Assembly (NCBI GenBank): GCA_964596925.1
Contig: CAZQWQ010000040.1
Span: 65,469-129,468, forward strand
Source of the DNA: an uncultured Gemmatimonadaceae bacterium
GTDB lineage: Bacteria > Gemmatimonadota > Gemmatimonadetes > Gemmatimonadales > GWC2-71-9
Direction: 5' to 3'
DNA: 64,000 bases
Shown here: positions 45,476 through 54,284 of the stretch, in pieces
Layout of the letters: every line of letters begins with the position of its first letter
How positions within the stretch are numbered: position 1 is the first letter of the stretch
Made by a program: the position numbers and the translations under genes
The notes under the pieces: generated by a model
Databases searched by the model: none
What the model saw: only the letters and a program-made list of their open reading frames with translations
Told to the model about the DNA's origin: nothing

Positions 45476-48400
45476 GTGCCTGCTCCCGCCTGCCGTCGCT
45501 GCTACACGCTGTGCGTCTTGAGCGCCTGGACCGCAGCGCTCCTGCTTGGCTCGGCTCGAATCGCGAGCGCCCAGTTGCCGCGTCTGCCAGAATTTGGCGG
45601 ACGAACCGTTTCCCTCGGACAACCAAAGCGCTGGCACTGGCAAGCCGGACTTGGCGCCGGCCCATACTTCGAAGGTCCGGGCACCGCCTGGATGGTGCGG
45701 GCGGTAGGTGGCGTCTACCATGCCCCGCTCAACCCGATCATCGGACTCGTCGAGCTCGGGATGGAAGCCTACGCCGGCGCGCGGGGAGGAAGGGCCGACG
45801 CCGGCCTGCGGGCGCTCGTCCAGATTCCCTATGCCAGTGCCGGTATCGGGGCGGACTACAATCTGGAGCGTGGCCGGCTCGACATGTTCGTCACGTCGCA
45901 CACGCCGGTACGCCGAGGCGGCGTGCTCACCCGCGGCTCGCTGCTGCGGTTCGATTGGTACCCACTGCGGAGCCACAGCTTCACCGTCGGCGTTTCCGTG
46001 CCGCTGGGCGACCGGCTCGCCGGTCGGAACCGGCCCATTCGTGACTACGTGGTCGTGTCTGGCGATCTCCGTTCGCCCGCCTCACACCGAGCGATCGATC
46101 CGGCCATCGCCGCGGCACTCGACAGCCTGCGGGTTTCGGCGGAATGGATCCGGCGCGTGGTCGTCCCGTTCCTCGACCAGGATGGCCGCAGCGCGAAAGT
46201 CGCGATGGCGCGCACCGCGCGCTACGTCACCGAGCTCCAGGCCCATCTCGCGGCGCGAAGCGTCGAACAGGAAATCCGCGCATTCCATGGCCACATGGAG
46301 CAGGTCTTTGCCCTCGCGTCCGGCACTCCCTCGGCGGGCCGGGAGTTGAGCCGGGGGGCCCGGGAGACTCTGCTCGAGGAAATCCTCCTTCCCTACAACC
46401 GCATGCTGGGGCGGAAGAAGCGGAAGGACACGCTGCAATCATTTAGCGTCGCCGCTCGCGGACGGTTCGGCGGATGGGTCGCCGCGACCGGCCAGGTCCC
46501 CCCCGGTCGGGCGGACCACGTCATGTTCGCGTTCCAACAACTGACCGAAATCCTCGAGGCGGTTCGGCGCCGTGCGGCGAAGGAGTGGGACGACCCCCGG
46601 CTCGTGTGGCTGCCGCTCCAATACGCCCTCTTGCCCGAGGACTACGACGAGCAGGCAGAGTTGGACGCGCTGCTGGCGCGGGCCACCGCCGTGCCATTCA
46701 CCGACCACAATCGCATCTCCTACGTGGCCAACCTGCATTTTCACTGGGAGCTGCTCAAGATGATCCGGGAGACGCGGGCATACCACGTCCTCTGGATCCA
46801 CGATTTTCCCGCGACGACCTCTGTGGGGGGCCTCGATTGGGCGTCCTTCCTGCAGGTCGTCGACGGGTATCTCAAAACGCTCGCGGATCGCGTCGAGGCC
46901 TACGACTCGACGGGCACCCTGCCATCCTTCTTCATTTTTCTCGACCAGCACTATTACGAGCAACGAAAATCGCGGGTGTTGATGGGGGTGCTCGAAGACC
47001 CCCTGCGAGCGTCTGCCACCTTGTCGCTCGGCGTGCCGCAGGATGCCGAACGGCTGGCCCGCGCCCTGGAGCGGCTCCGCACCGCGGTCTCTCACTCCCG
47101 TCGTCTGCAAGCCGAAGCGCGGGAGTACGGAGAGGACTGGCTGCACAACCGCGTCAAGGTGCACATCAACATCACCAATCGCCCCGATGCGACCTTTTGG
47201 GGCGGCGGCCTGGTGTCGAGTGTCTTTGGATATCCCGACGACATGATGCGCGACCATCGCAAGATCGCGTTCCGTGACGTGAGCGAGGACGATCCTTTCG
47301 GGGGCACCGCGATCCTGACGGGGATGGGCGTGGGCCAGCAGTACCTGGGCCCGGGATGGGACGACCGATCGCTCATCGTGGTGGGCCCGGCGCTCCTGGA
47401 GCTCAAGCGCGCGGCGCACGACCTGCTGGTGAGCCAGGGCCTGAAGGAAACGGAGGTCCCACCTCCCTTCCGAACCCCGACAACCGCGGCGCGGTTCGTG
47501 GCGCAAGCCGACGCCGCCCGCTCCGGCGGGCGCGCCATGGCCCTGGTCAACGGGACGGGCTACCTGCCAAAACCCTTGAACGTCGCGAAGGCGCTGCTCT
47601 ATTCGCTGATGCCGCCCGGTTCCGTCATCAAGGTTCCCGATTCACTGTGGAACTCGTCCTTCTTCGCAGGGCTGCTCGTCGGCGCGTGTCTGCGGGGCTC
47701 TCAGGTGATGATCATCGCGCCGGCGCTGGACAACGCACCGAGTAACGGCTTTCCGCAGATGGTGCGAGCGCACGAGCTGCTGACGCGTCTGCTGCTCGTA
47801 CGGCGCGAGTTGGGCCCGGCGATCGCCACGGCGGGAGGCGACCTGCGAACCGGGCTCTACGCACTCCCGATCGACCGGCACGGGTTTGCGGATCGTGCGG
47901 CCCGCTGGGCACGACAGATCGATTCGACACCGTTCCTCCGGACATACCTGCCGTTCGCTCCAGCACTCGTGCCGCTGGTCGCGGCGGCGGGCGACACCGC
48001 TCCTCCCCGTAGCCGCCCTGCCGACTCGGCGGCCGTGGTTCCGTTGCGGCCCAAGCTGCATCAAAAAGTGCAATTCATGGCCACACGAGAATCCTGGCGC
48101 GCGATTTCGTCCTCCGCGGAGTGGCCGAGTTTCATGGCCGCCTATTTGCGATATCGTGAGGCGTCCTACGTTCCCGAAATGGAGTCCGACAAAGCCACTG
48201 AGCTCGCCGACTCCCTGGTGCAGATTGCCGAGCGGCTGCTCGCCCGGATCCGCCTCGAGCCGCGCGCCGCGAGTTTCGCGATGGTTGGGTCTCAGAACCA
48301 GGACTACCGCGGCATGTTTATGGACGGCGAGATCGATGTGCTCCTGACCGGACCCGAATCACTCGTCCCGATGCTCGATATCGTGTTTATGATGGGCACC

Positions 48401-48499
48401 GTCACTTGGATCGACGATCAAGCGACGCTCGACCGCCTGCTCCCGCCGGTCGGCGAGTTCATGCGCCGCATTGGCCGAGTGGCCAAGGACGGCGTGTGA
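45476..48499 (+). CDS. Large secreted hypothetical protein with two divergent PLD-like (HKD) motifs
   Basis: 1007 aa with a signal-like N-terminus (...LLLGSARIASAQ) and a ~150-aa Gly/aromatic beta-rich region. One motif is H594-R-K-IAFR-D601 (HxKxxxxD). A second is H862-Q-K, with GSQN 74 aa downstream. The coding call is confident; the function is tentative. Confidence 0.55.
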   Translation: MPAPACRRCYTLCVLSAWTAALLLGSARIASAQLPRLPEFGGRTVSLGQPKRWHWQAGLGAGPYFEGPGTAWMVRAVGGVYHAPLNPIIGLVELGMEAYAGARGGRADAGLRALVQIPYASAGIGADYNLERGRLDMFVTSHTPVRRGGVLTRGSLLRFDWYPLRSHSFTVGVSVPLGDRLAGRNRPIRDYVVVSGDLRSPASHRAIDPAIAAALDSLRVSAEWIRRVVVPFLDQDGRSAKVAMARTARYVTELQAHLAARSVEQEIRAFHGHMEQVFALASGTPSAGRELSRGARETLLEEILLPYNRMLGRKKRKDTLQSFSVAARGRFGGWVAATGQVPPGRADHVMFAFQQLTEILEAVRRRAAKEWDDPRLVWLPLQYALLPEDYDEQAELDALLARATAVPFTDHNRISYVANLHFHWELLKMIRETRAYHVLWIHDFPATTSVGGLDWASFLQVVDGYLKTLADRVEAYDSTGTLPSFFIFLDQHYYEQRKSRVLMGVLEDPLRASATLSLGVPQDAERLARALERLRTAVSHSRRLQAEAREYGEDWLHNRVKVHINITNRPDATFWGGGLVSSVFGYPDDMMRDHRKIAFRDVSEDDPFGGTAILTGMGVGQQYLGPGWDDRSLIVVGPALLELKRAAHDLLVSQGLKETEVPPPFRTPTTAARFVAQADAARSGGRAMALVNGTGYLPKPLNVAKALLYSLMPPGSVIKVPDSLWNSSFFAGLLVGACLRGSQVMIIAPALDNAPSNGFPQMVRAHELLTRLLLVRRELGPAIATAGGDLRTGLYALPIDRHGFADRAARWARQIDSTPFLRTYLPFAPALVPLVAAAGDTAPPRSRPADSAAVVPLRPKLHQKVQFMATRESWRAISSSAEWPSFMAAYLRYREASYVPEMESDKATELADSLVQIAERLLARIRLEPRAASFAMVGSQNQDYRGMFMDGEIDVLLTGPESLVPMLDIVFMMGTVTWIDDQATLDRLLPPVGEFMRRIGRVAKDGV

Positions 48500-49089
48500 A
48501 GGTTCACGCCCGCGCGTGCCTGCTGGTGGGAGCCCTCGCCATCGTCGCATCTCCCGCGCCCGCCCAGATCGGCGAGATCCAGGCCGGTGGCATAGGCAGC
48601 TACGGTACGGGCGAGCCGTTCGGCGCGGGGGCCGGCCTGGTGTGGGGCGTGGCGGCTGGTCGGATCGCCTACATCGGAGTGCGCTGGACGAACTTTGGCG
48701 GGACCACGAACCAGCGCGGCCCCGCGTCGTCACCGTCGGAGGTCACAACCCGCAGTCAGCAGTTCGCTCTCGACCTCGGCGTCCAAATCCCGGTGGGGAG
48801 GCTTGAAGTCGTCCCCGGGATGAGCGTGGGGTTCGTCCGGTTCGCGCAGCGCGTGCGCGCGCCTGCCCCGGGTGGCGGAAGCACCGTCGTCTCCGAGCAC
48901 GAGACGGAGTTTCTGGCGGCGCCCGGTGTGGCCGTGGTGGTGCCCGCGGGCCCAGTGGCGTTCATCCCGGAGCTGCGCTACAGCCTCGCCGGAAGCCCGT
49001 CCAGTCTGCCCTGGCGAGTCCCGCACCGTGGGTTACTGCTCTCGCTGCGGCTCGTGATTACCTTCGAAGTCGGCCGGATCCGGCAATAG
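48496..49089 (+). CDS. Small outer-membrane beta-barrel-like protein
   Basis: GTG at 48496 forms a GTGA overlap with the upstream stop. Signal peptide VKVHARACLLVGALAIVASPAPAQ. Alternating Gly/aromatic strands and a C-terminal ...LRLVITFEVGRIRQ. About 197 aa, compatible with an 8-stranded barrel. Confidence 0.55.
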   Translation: MKVHARACLLVGALAIVASPAPAQIGEIQAGGIGSYGTGEPFGAGAGLVWGVAAGRIAYIGVRWTNFGGTTNQRGPASSPSEVTTRSQQFALDLGVQIPVGRLEVVPGMSVGFVRFAQRVRAPAPGGGSTVVSEHETEFLAAPGVAVVVPAGPVAFIPELRYSLAGSPSSLPWRVPHRGLLLSLRLVITFEVGRIRQ

Positions 49090-49194
49090 CCCGCCTTCTC
49101 CGTCGACACCATTGTACCGGTGCGGCGGCTCATCCCGGCGCGGCCCGCAAGGGACGTTTCGGGGATCTCGCCATTCGCGTTGCCGAGGAGACCG

Positions 49195-50160
49195 ATGCGC
49201 TACATCGTCGGAGTTGACGTCGGGGGAACGAACATCGTCGTGGGCACGGTGGCCCAGGACGGCTCGGAGCTTGTCGGCGTCGTCTCGGAGCCGACGCGGT
49301 CCGAAGAGGGTGCCGACGCCGTGGTCGAGCGGATCGTCACGCTGTCCCGCGCGTCGATCGCTGAGGCGAAAGGCAAGGAGATCGCGGGGGTGGGGATCGG
49401 CTCGCCCGGACCGCTCGACACCAAGACCGGCATCGTGCTGCTCACACCCAACCTCGGTTGGGTCAACATGCCGCTGCGCGACCGCGTGGCCGCCGGTCTC
49501 GGCCTCCCCGCGACGCTCGACAACGATGCCAACTGCGCGATCTTCGGCGAATGGTGGCGCGGTGCGGCGCGCGGCACCGATTTCGTCGTCGGCTTGACCG
49601 TCGGCACGGGCATTGGCGGTGGAATCGTGCTGCAGGGTGATGTCTACCACGGCGCCTCTGACATCGCGGGCGAGATCGGCCACATGACCATCGACTCGAC
49701 CGGGCGGCTCTGCAAGTGCGGCAACTACGGCTGCCTCGAGGCATACGCATCGGGACCGGCGATCGCCGCGCGCGCGGTGGAGGGAATTGAAGCCGGCGCG
49801 GAGACCGGCCTGCCCACCTACGTCGCCGGCGACCTGAGCCTAATCACCGCCCAGGTCGTATACGAAGCGGCGCACGACGGCGACGCCTACGCCCTGGAAG
49901 TCGTCCGCGACACCGCCAAGTTCCTCGGCGCGGGAGTGGCCAACATCATCAACATTTTCAACCCACAGGTGGTCGTGATCTGCGGCGGGGTGACGCTCGC
50001 GGGCGACAAACTGTTCGTGCCGCTCCGCAGCGAGGTGAAGCGGCGCGCGTTCAAGCCGGCGGTCGATGTGTGCCGCATCCTCCCCGGCGAGCTGCCCGGA
50101 ACCGCTGGGGTGTGGGGTGCGGCGGCGGTGTTCATCAAGCGGACGTGGGGCCGCGTGTGA
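49195..50160 (+). CDS. ROK-family sugar kinase (glucokinase-like)
   Basis: ATG at 49195 after GAGGAG. Motifs VGVDVGGTNIVVG, the ROK signature and a Cys motif (GEIGHMTIDSTGRLCKCGNYGCLEAYASG). Confidence 0.85.
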   Translation: MRYIVGVDVGGTNIVVGTVAQDGSELVGVVSEPTRSEEGADAVVERIVTLSRASIAEAKGKEIAGVGIGSPGPLDTKTGIVLLTPNLGWVNMPLRDRVAAGLGLPATLDNDANCAIFGEWWRGAARGTDFVVGLTVGTGIGGGIVLQGDVYHGASDIAGEIGHMTIDSTGRLCKCGNYGCLEAYASGPAIAARAVEGIEAGAETGLPTYVAGDLSLITAQVVYEAAHDGDAYALEVVRDTAKFLGAGVANIINIFNPQVVVICGGVTLAGDKLFVPLRSEVKRRAFKPAVDVCRILPGELPGTAGVWGAAAVFIKRTWGRV

Positions 50161-51098
50161 AGCAGCTGGGCGTCGTCGGCACGCTGGTGTGGGACACGAT
50201 TCACGGGCGCGATCCGGCGCAAGGGGCGGTGGAGGAATGGGGAGGGATCGCCTACGCCCTGGCGGGTCTCGACGCGGCGTTGGGCGACGACTGGCGACTG
50301 GTCCCCCTCATCAAGGTCGGGCGCGACCTCGCCCCGCGGGCTGCGGTGTTCTTGCGCGAGGTGCGGCACGCGGTCCCCGGCGCGCGTTTCTTGGAAGTTC
50401 CCGAGCCGAACAACCGCGTCACCTTGCGATACCTGTCGGCGGAGCGACGCTGCGAGCAGCTCGTCGGCGGGGTGCCTGGGTGGACGTGGGCCGAGCTGGG
50501 CCCCTTGGTGCACGACCTCGACGCCCTGTACGTGAACTTCATTTCCGGCTGGGAAATGACGCTCGAGACGGCGCAGCTGTTGCGGCACGGCTTTGCACAG
50601 CCGATCTACGCGGATCTGCACAGCCTGTTTCTGGGCCGCACCGACGACGGCACCCGCGTGCTCCAGCCGCTGCCCGAGGCGGGCGGTTGGTTCACCTGCT
50701 TCGATACGGTGCAGCTCAACGAAGATGAGTTTGCCCAGCTCGGACCGGATCCGCTCGCCGCCGCCGCGTCCGCGCTCGCCGTCGGCTGTGGGGCGCTGAT
50801 CGTGACGCTCGGTGTCCGCGGGGCCGTCTATTTCGAACAGGAATCGGACGCCGCGACCCACCGGCGCACCGGCCCGATCCGCACGGCCCGCGTCGCCGCC
50901 GAGGCGTCCTCGGGGGCGGAAGGAGACCCGACTGGCTGTGGCGACGTGTTCGGCGCGGTCACGTGCGCCCAGCTGTTGCACAGTGCTCCCCTCGACGCCG
51001 CGATCCGAGAAGGATGCCGGCTGGCCGCGCGCAACGTGTCCTACCGTGGCGCCAGCGGCCTGCGCGACCATTTGCTTGGACGGCTCGCGACGGCATGA
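50157..51098 (+). CDS. PfkB-family carbohydrate kinase
   Basis: GTG at 50157 forms a GTGA overlap. C-terminal PfkB motif DPTGCGDVFGAV. An N-terminal GG dipeptide region is present. Confidence 0.8.
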   Translation: MKQLGVVGTLVWDTIHGRDPAQGAVEEWGGIAYALAGLDAALGDDWRLVPLIKVGRDLAPRAAVFLREVRHAVPGARFLEVPEPNNRVTLRYLSAERRCEQLVGGVPGWTWAELGPLVHDLDALYVNFISGWEMTLETAQLLRHGFAQPIYADLHSLFLGRTDDGTRVLQPLPEAGGWFTCFDTVQLNEDEFAQLGPDPLAAAASALAVGCGALIVTLGVRGAVYFEQESDAATHRRTGPIRTARVAAEASSGAEGDPTGCGDVFGAVTCAQLLHSAPLDAAIREGCRLAARNVSYRGASGLRDHLLGRLATA

Positions 51099-52000
51099 CG
51101 CGGCTGGTCGACGTCCCGGCCCAGTTCGACGATCGCTCGTTCGACCAGTTTGCCGGGGCCTTCAGTCACGCGCTCGCCGACGGCGGGCGACTCCTGTTCG
51201 ACGCGCACGCGGCCGAATGGGCGTCGCCCTACGGGCTCGTGGGATTGCTCGCCGCTGGTCAGGCCGCCCGGGCGGGCGGGGGAGACGCTCCGCTGCTCAC
51301 GGTGCCGACGACGCCTGAGGTGCTGAGTTACTGGGTGCGGGCCGGCTTCTTCAGTGCCGCGAAGGAACTGTTCGAGATTCACGGCCGCGTGCCGCGCGGC
51401 AAACCCGCTGCCGACTCGGATGTGCTGCTGCCGGTCACCGCGGTGCGCGCCGCCGAAGACGTGCACGAGGTGGTGGGTCACATCCAACAGCGCGCGACAG
51501 CGATTCTCTCCAGCGAGCTGGGGATCGACCCGAAGGCGACGATGGGTTTTGCTATGGCGCTTTCAGAGGCGTGTCAGAATATTGTAGAGCACGCGGGAAC
51601 AGGCGGCTGGGTCGCGGTGCAAAGCTACCATTGGCGGCGCCGGCTGGCCCGGCGGGTGGTGGTGATCGCGGTGGCGGACGCGGGCGTGGGGTTTCGCGCT
51701 TCCCTCGAGCCGACGCAGGGCAAACGCTTCGGCGACCGCTGGGGCGACGCGGCGGCGCTCGAGGCGGCGTTGATCCAGGGGGTAAGCCGGTTCCGGGATC
51801 CCGGCCGTGGGCAGGGGCTGAAGGGGATCCGGAACTATGTGTCGCGGTGGGAAGGCAAGCTCGCCATCCGCAGCGGCACGGCTCGCATCGCAATCGTTCC
51901 CCCCTGGGACGACGACGTGCCGCTGGCGGACGGCCTCCCGAACTTTCCCGGCTCGCAGGTACTCCTCATCGTCCCGGAACTGAAGGGCCGACACGCGTGA
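51095..52000 (+). CDS. GHKL-type ATP-binding protein with an uncharacterised N-terminal domain
   Basis: ATG at 51095 forms an ATGA overlap. N-box-like EACQNIVEHAG, G1-like VADAGVGF and G2-like GRGQGLKGI. There is no H-box/DHp region, so it is not a canonical histidine kinase. Confidence 0.7.
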   Translation: MTRLVDVPAQFDDRSFDQFAGAFSHALADGGRLLFDAHAAEWASPYGLVGLLAAGQAARAGGGDAPLLTVPTTPEVLSYWVRAGFFSAAKELFEIHGRVPRGKPAADSDVLLPVTAVRAAEDVHEVVGHIQQRATAILSSELGIDPKATMGFAMALSEACQNIVEHAGTGGWVAVQSYHWRRRLARRVVVIAVADAGVGFRASLEPTQGKRFGDRWGDAAALEAALIQGVSRFRDPGRGQGLKGIRNYVSRWEGKLAIRSGTARIAIVPPWDDDVPLADGLPNFPGSQVLLIVPELKGRHA

Positions 52001-52434
52001 TCCACTCGATCGACGTTTCCGCGGTGCTGCGCCAGGCAGTACGCGTGTCCTACGCGGACCTGGTCACCCGGGCCACCGGGCGGGCGGTGCGCGAACACAT
52101 CGAGCAGGTGTACGTCGCCGATGCCGATGGGGTCGCCCGGATGGACTTCGCCGGCGTGCGCTGCATCGACTACTCCTGTGCCGACGAAATCGTGGCGAAA
52201 CTACTACGCGAGCGTATCCGCGTGCTGGTGCTGCGGGGCTGCTCCGACGGGCACCTCGAGGCGCTCGGTCCGGTGCTGGAGGGACACGGACTCGCGGCGG
52301 TGCTGGAACGGCCCGACGGCACGCTCGATGGGCTGGGACCACGCGCATCCGCCGAGGCACTGCTCGAGGAGCTAGTCACGCTGCGACTCGCCGCCCGCAC
52401 CGTGGGAGGCGTCGTGGCGATGGTCACCGCGTGA
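51997..52434 (+). CDS. STAS-like small protein (DUF4325-like)
   Basis: GTG at 51997 forms a GTGA overlap. 145 aa. LVTRATGRAVREHIE...ARMDFAGVRCIDYSCADEIVAKLL matches my recollection of the DUF4325 signature (ldF.gV..is.sFadE). Confidence 0.55.
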   Translation: MIHSIDVSAVLRQAVRVSYADLVTRATGRAVREHIEQVYVADADGVARMDFAGVRCIDYSCADEIVAKLLRERIRVLVLRGCSDGHLEALGPVLEGHGLAAVLERPDGTLDGLGPRASAEALLEELVTLRLAARTVGGVVAMVTA

Positions 52435-53588
52435 CCCGCCGGCGTCTCGGGCTTTCCACCCGCGCCATTCACGGCGATCCGGAGCCGCGTCCGGACTGGA
52501 CGCCGGTCACCCGGCCGGTGTTTCAGAGCTCCACCTTCACCAACCCCGTCGGTTCGACCGCTGAAGTCCTCTACACCCGCTACGGCAACAACCCGAACCA
52601 GGTGCACATCGGCAAGCGCCTGGCCCTGCTCGAAGGCGCCGAGGCATCGCTGTTCGTGTCGAGCGGGATGGGCGCCACGGCCCTGGCGCACCTGGCCGTC
52701 CTGCGGCCCGGCGATCATCTGATATCGAGCGAATGGATCTATGGCGGGGTGCATCGCCTGTTCACCCAGGAGTTCGGCCGCTTCGGGATCGAGGTCACAT
52801 TCGTCGATCCGCTCCGGTCGCGCGCCTGGAAAGAGGCGCTGCGGAAGAACACCCGTGCGTTGTTCGTGGAAACGCCGACCAATCCCCTGCTCCGGGTGAT
52901 CGACCTCGAGCCGATCGCCGCGCTGGCCAAGGCCGAGGGACTCGCGCTGCTGGTCGATTCCACCTTTGCCTCGCCCATCGCCTTTCGGCCACTGGAGCAC
53001 GGCGCGGACATCGTGATCCACAGTGCCACGAAGTACCTGAACGGGCATACGGACGTGATTGCCGGGGCGGTGGTCGGGACGGATGCGGTGGTTGAAGAAG
53101 TCCGGCGCCTGATGCAGCTGTGGGGGCAAGCCATCGACCCGCATACCGCGTGGTTGATCGATCGAGGGATGCGAACTCTCGCCATCCGGATGGCCCGGCA
53201 CTCCGCGACCGGGATCGCGGTCGCGGAGTGGTTCACCCAGCAGCCGCAGGTCGCGGCGGTCCACTACCCCGGGCTGCCCTCGCACCGCGATTACAACACC
53301 GCCAAGCGGGTGCTGGAGGGGTTCGGCGGCATGCTGGGCATCGAGTTGAAGGGTGGCGCGCGCGCCGCTGAGCGGTTTCTGCGCGCGCTCACGATCGCCA
53401 CACATGCGCCGTCCTTGGGCGGCACGGAAACGCTGGTGTCCGAGCCACGACTCACCTCGCACAAGAGCCTCACCCCCGAAGAGCGGACGCGGGGTGGCAT
53501 TCCGGACGGGTTTCTGAGATTTTCCCTCGGACTCGAAGATGCCGACGACCTCATCGCGGATTTCGCCCAGGCCCTGGCGCAGCTCTAG
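52431..53588 (+). CDS. Cys/Met-metabolism PLP enzyme (cystathionine gamma-synthase / beta-lyase family)
   Basis: The GTG start forms a GTGA overlap. Motifs YTRYGNNPN, SSGMGA and HSATKYLNGHTDVIAG (PLP-Lys), and a C-terminal IPDGFLRFSLGLED. Confidence 0.9.
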   Translation: MTRRRLGLSTRAIHGDPEPRPDWTPVTRPVFQSSTFTNPVGSTAEVLYTRYGNNPNQVHIGKRLALLEGAEASLFVSSGMGATALAHLAVLRPGDHLISSEWIYGGVHRLFTQEFGRFGIEVTFVDPLRSRAWKEALRKNTRALFVETPTNPLLRVIDLEPIAALAKAEGLALLVDSTFASPIAFRPLEHGADIVIHSATKYLNGHTDVIAGAVVGTDAVVEEVRRLMQLWGQAIDPHTAWLIDRGMRTLAIRMARHSATGIAVAEWFTQQPQVAAVHYPGLPSHRDYNTAKRVLEGFGGMLGIELKGGARAAERFLRALTIATHAPSLGGTETLVSEPRLTSHKSLTPEERTRGGIPDGFLRFSLGLEDADDLIADFAQALAQL

Positions 53589-54284
53589 GTGATCAAGTTC
53601 ACGAACGTCTTCAAGACGTACGCGAAGGGCGGCCTCGCACTCAAGGATGTGTCTTTCCACATCGCGAAGGGCGAGTTCGCCTTCCTGACCGGACACTCGG
53701 GCGCCGGCAAGTCCACCGTCTTGAAACTGGTCTACGCCGACGAGCGCCCCTCGAGCGGCGAGGTCCGGGTGTCGGGCTACAGCGTGGCCGACCTGACGCC
53801 CCGGGATGTCCCACACCTGCGGCGGCGGCTGGGGATCGTGTTCCAGGATTTCCGCCTGCTCGAGGATCGCACGGCCGAGGAGAACGTGGCGTTCGCGCTG
53901 GAGGTGACGGGTGCGCGGCGCTCCGCCATCCCGGCTCGGGTGATGCGCGTGCTCACGCAGGTGGGGCTCGCCGCCAAGGCAGGAGCCTACCCACGCGAAT
54001 TGTCGGGCGGCGAGCAACAGCGGGTCGCCATCGCGCGCGCGCTCGTGAATGAGCCCCAGGTATTGCTGGCCGACGAGCCGACCGGGAATTTGGATGAGCG
54101 CGCGACGCGCGGAGTGTTCCAGTTGTTGCGTGATATCAACGCGAGCGGCACGGCGGTCGTGATGGCGACTCACGATCTCGAGATGGTGCGCTCCGCCCCG
54201 TATCGGGTGATCGAACTTCAGGAAGGAGCCGTGGTGTACGACTCGGCGGTGGACGAACCCACAGTCGGGGACGCGCAGGCATGA
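53589..54284 (+). CDS. ftsE: Cell-division ABC ATPase FtsE
   Basis: Motifs GHSGAGKST, LSGGEQQRVAIARAL and LLADEPTGNLD. Followed by ftsX with an ATGA overlap. Confidence 0.93.
   Translation: MIKFTNVFKTYAKGGLALKDVSFHIAKGEFAFLTGHSGAGKSTVLKLVYADERPSSGEVRVSGYSVADLTPRDVPHLRRRLGIVFQDFRLLEDRTAEENVAFALEVTGARRSAIPARVMRVLTQVGLAAKAGAYPRELSGGEQQRVAIARALVNEPQVLLADEPTGNLDERATRGVFQLLRDINASGTAVVMATHDLEMVRSAPYRVIELQEGAVVYDSAVDEPTVGDAQA

Noticed and set aside
52170-54173. 667-aa minus-strand ORF
   Set aside because: It is antisense to the Cys/Met PLP enzyme and ftsE, both of which have strong family motifs. It is a shadow ORF.
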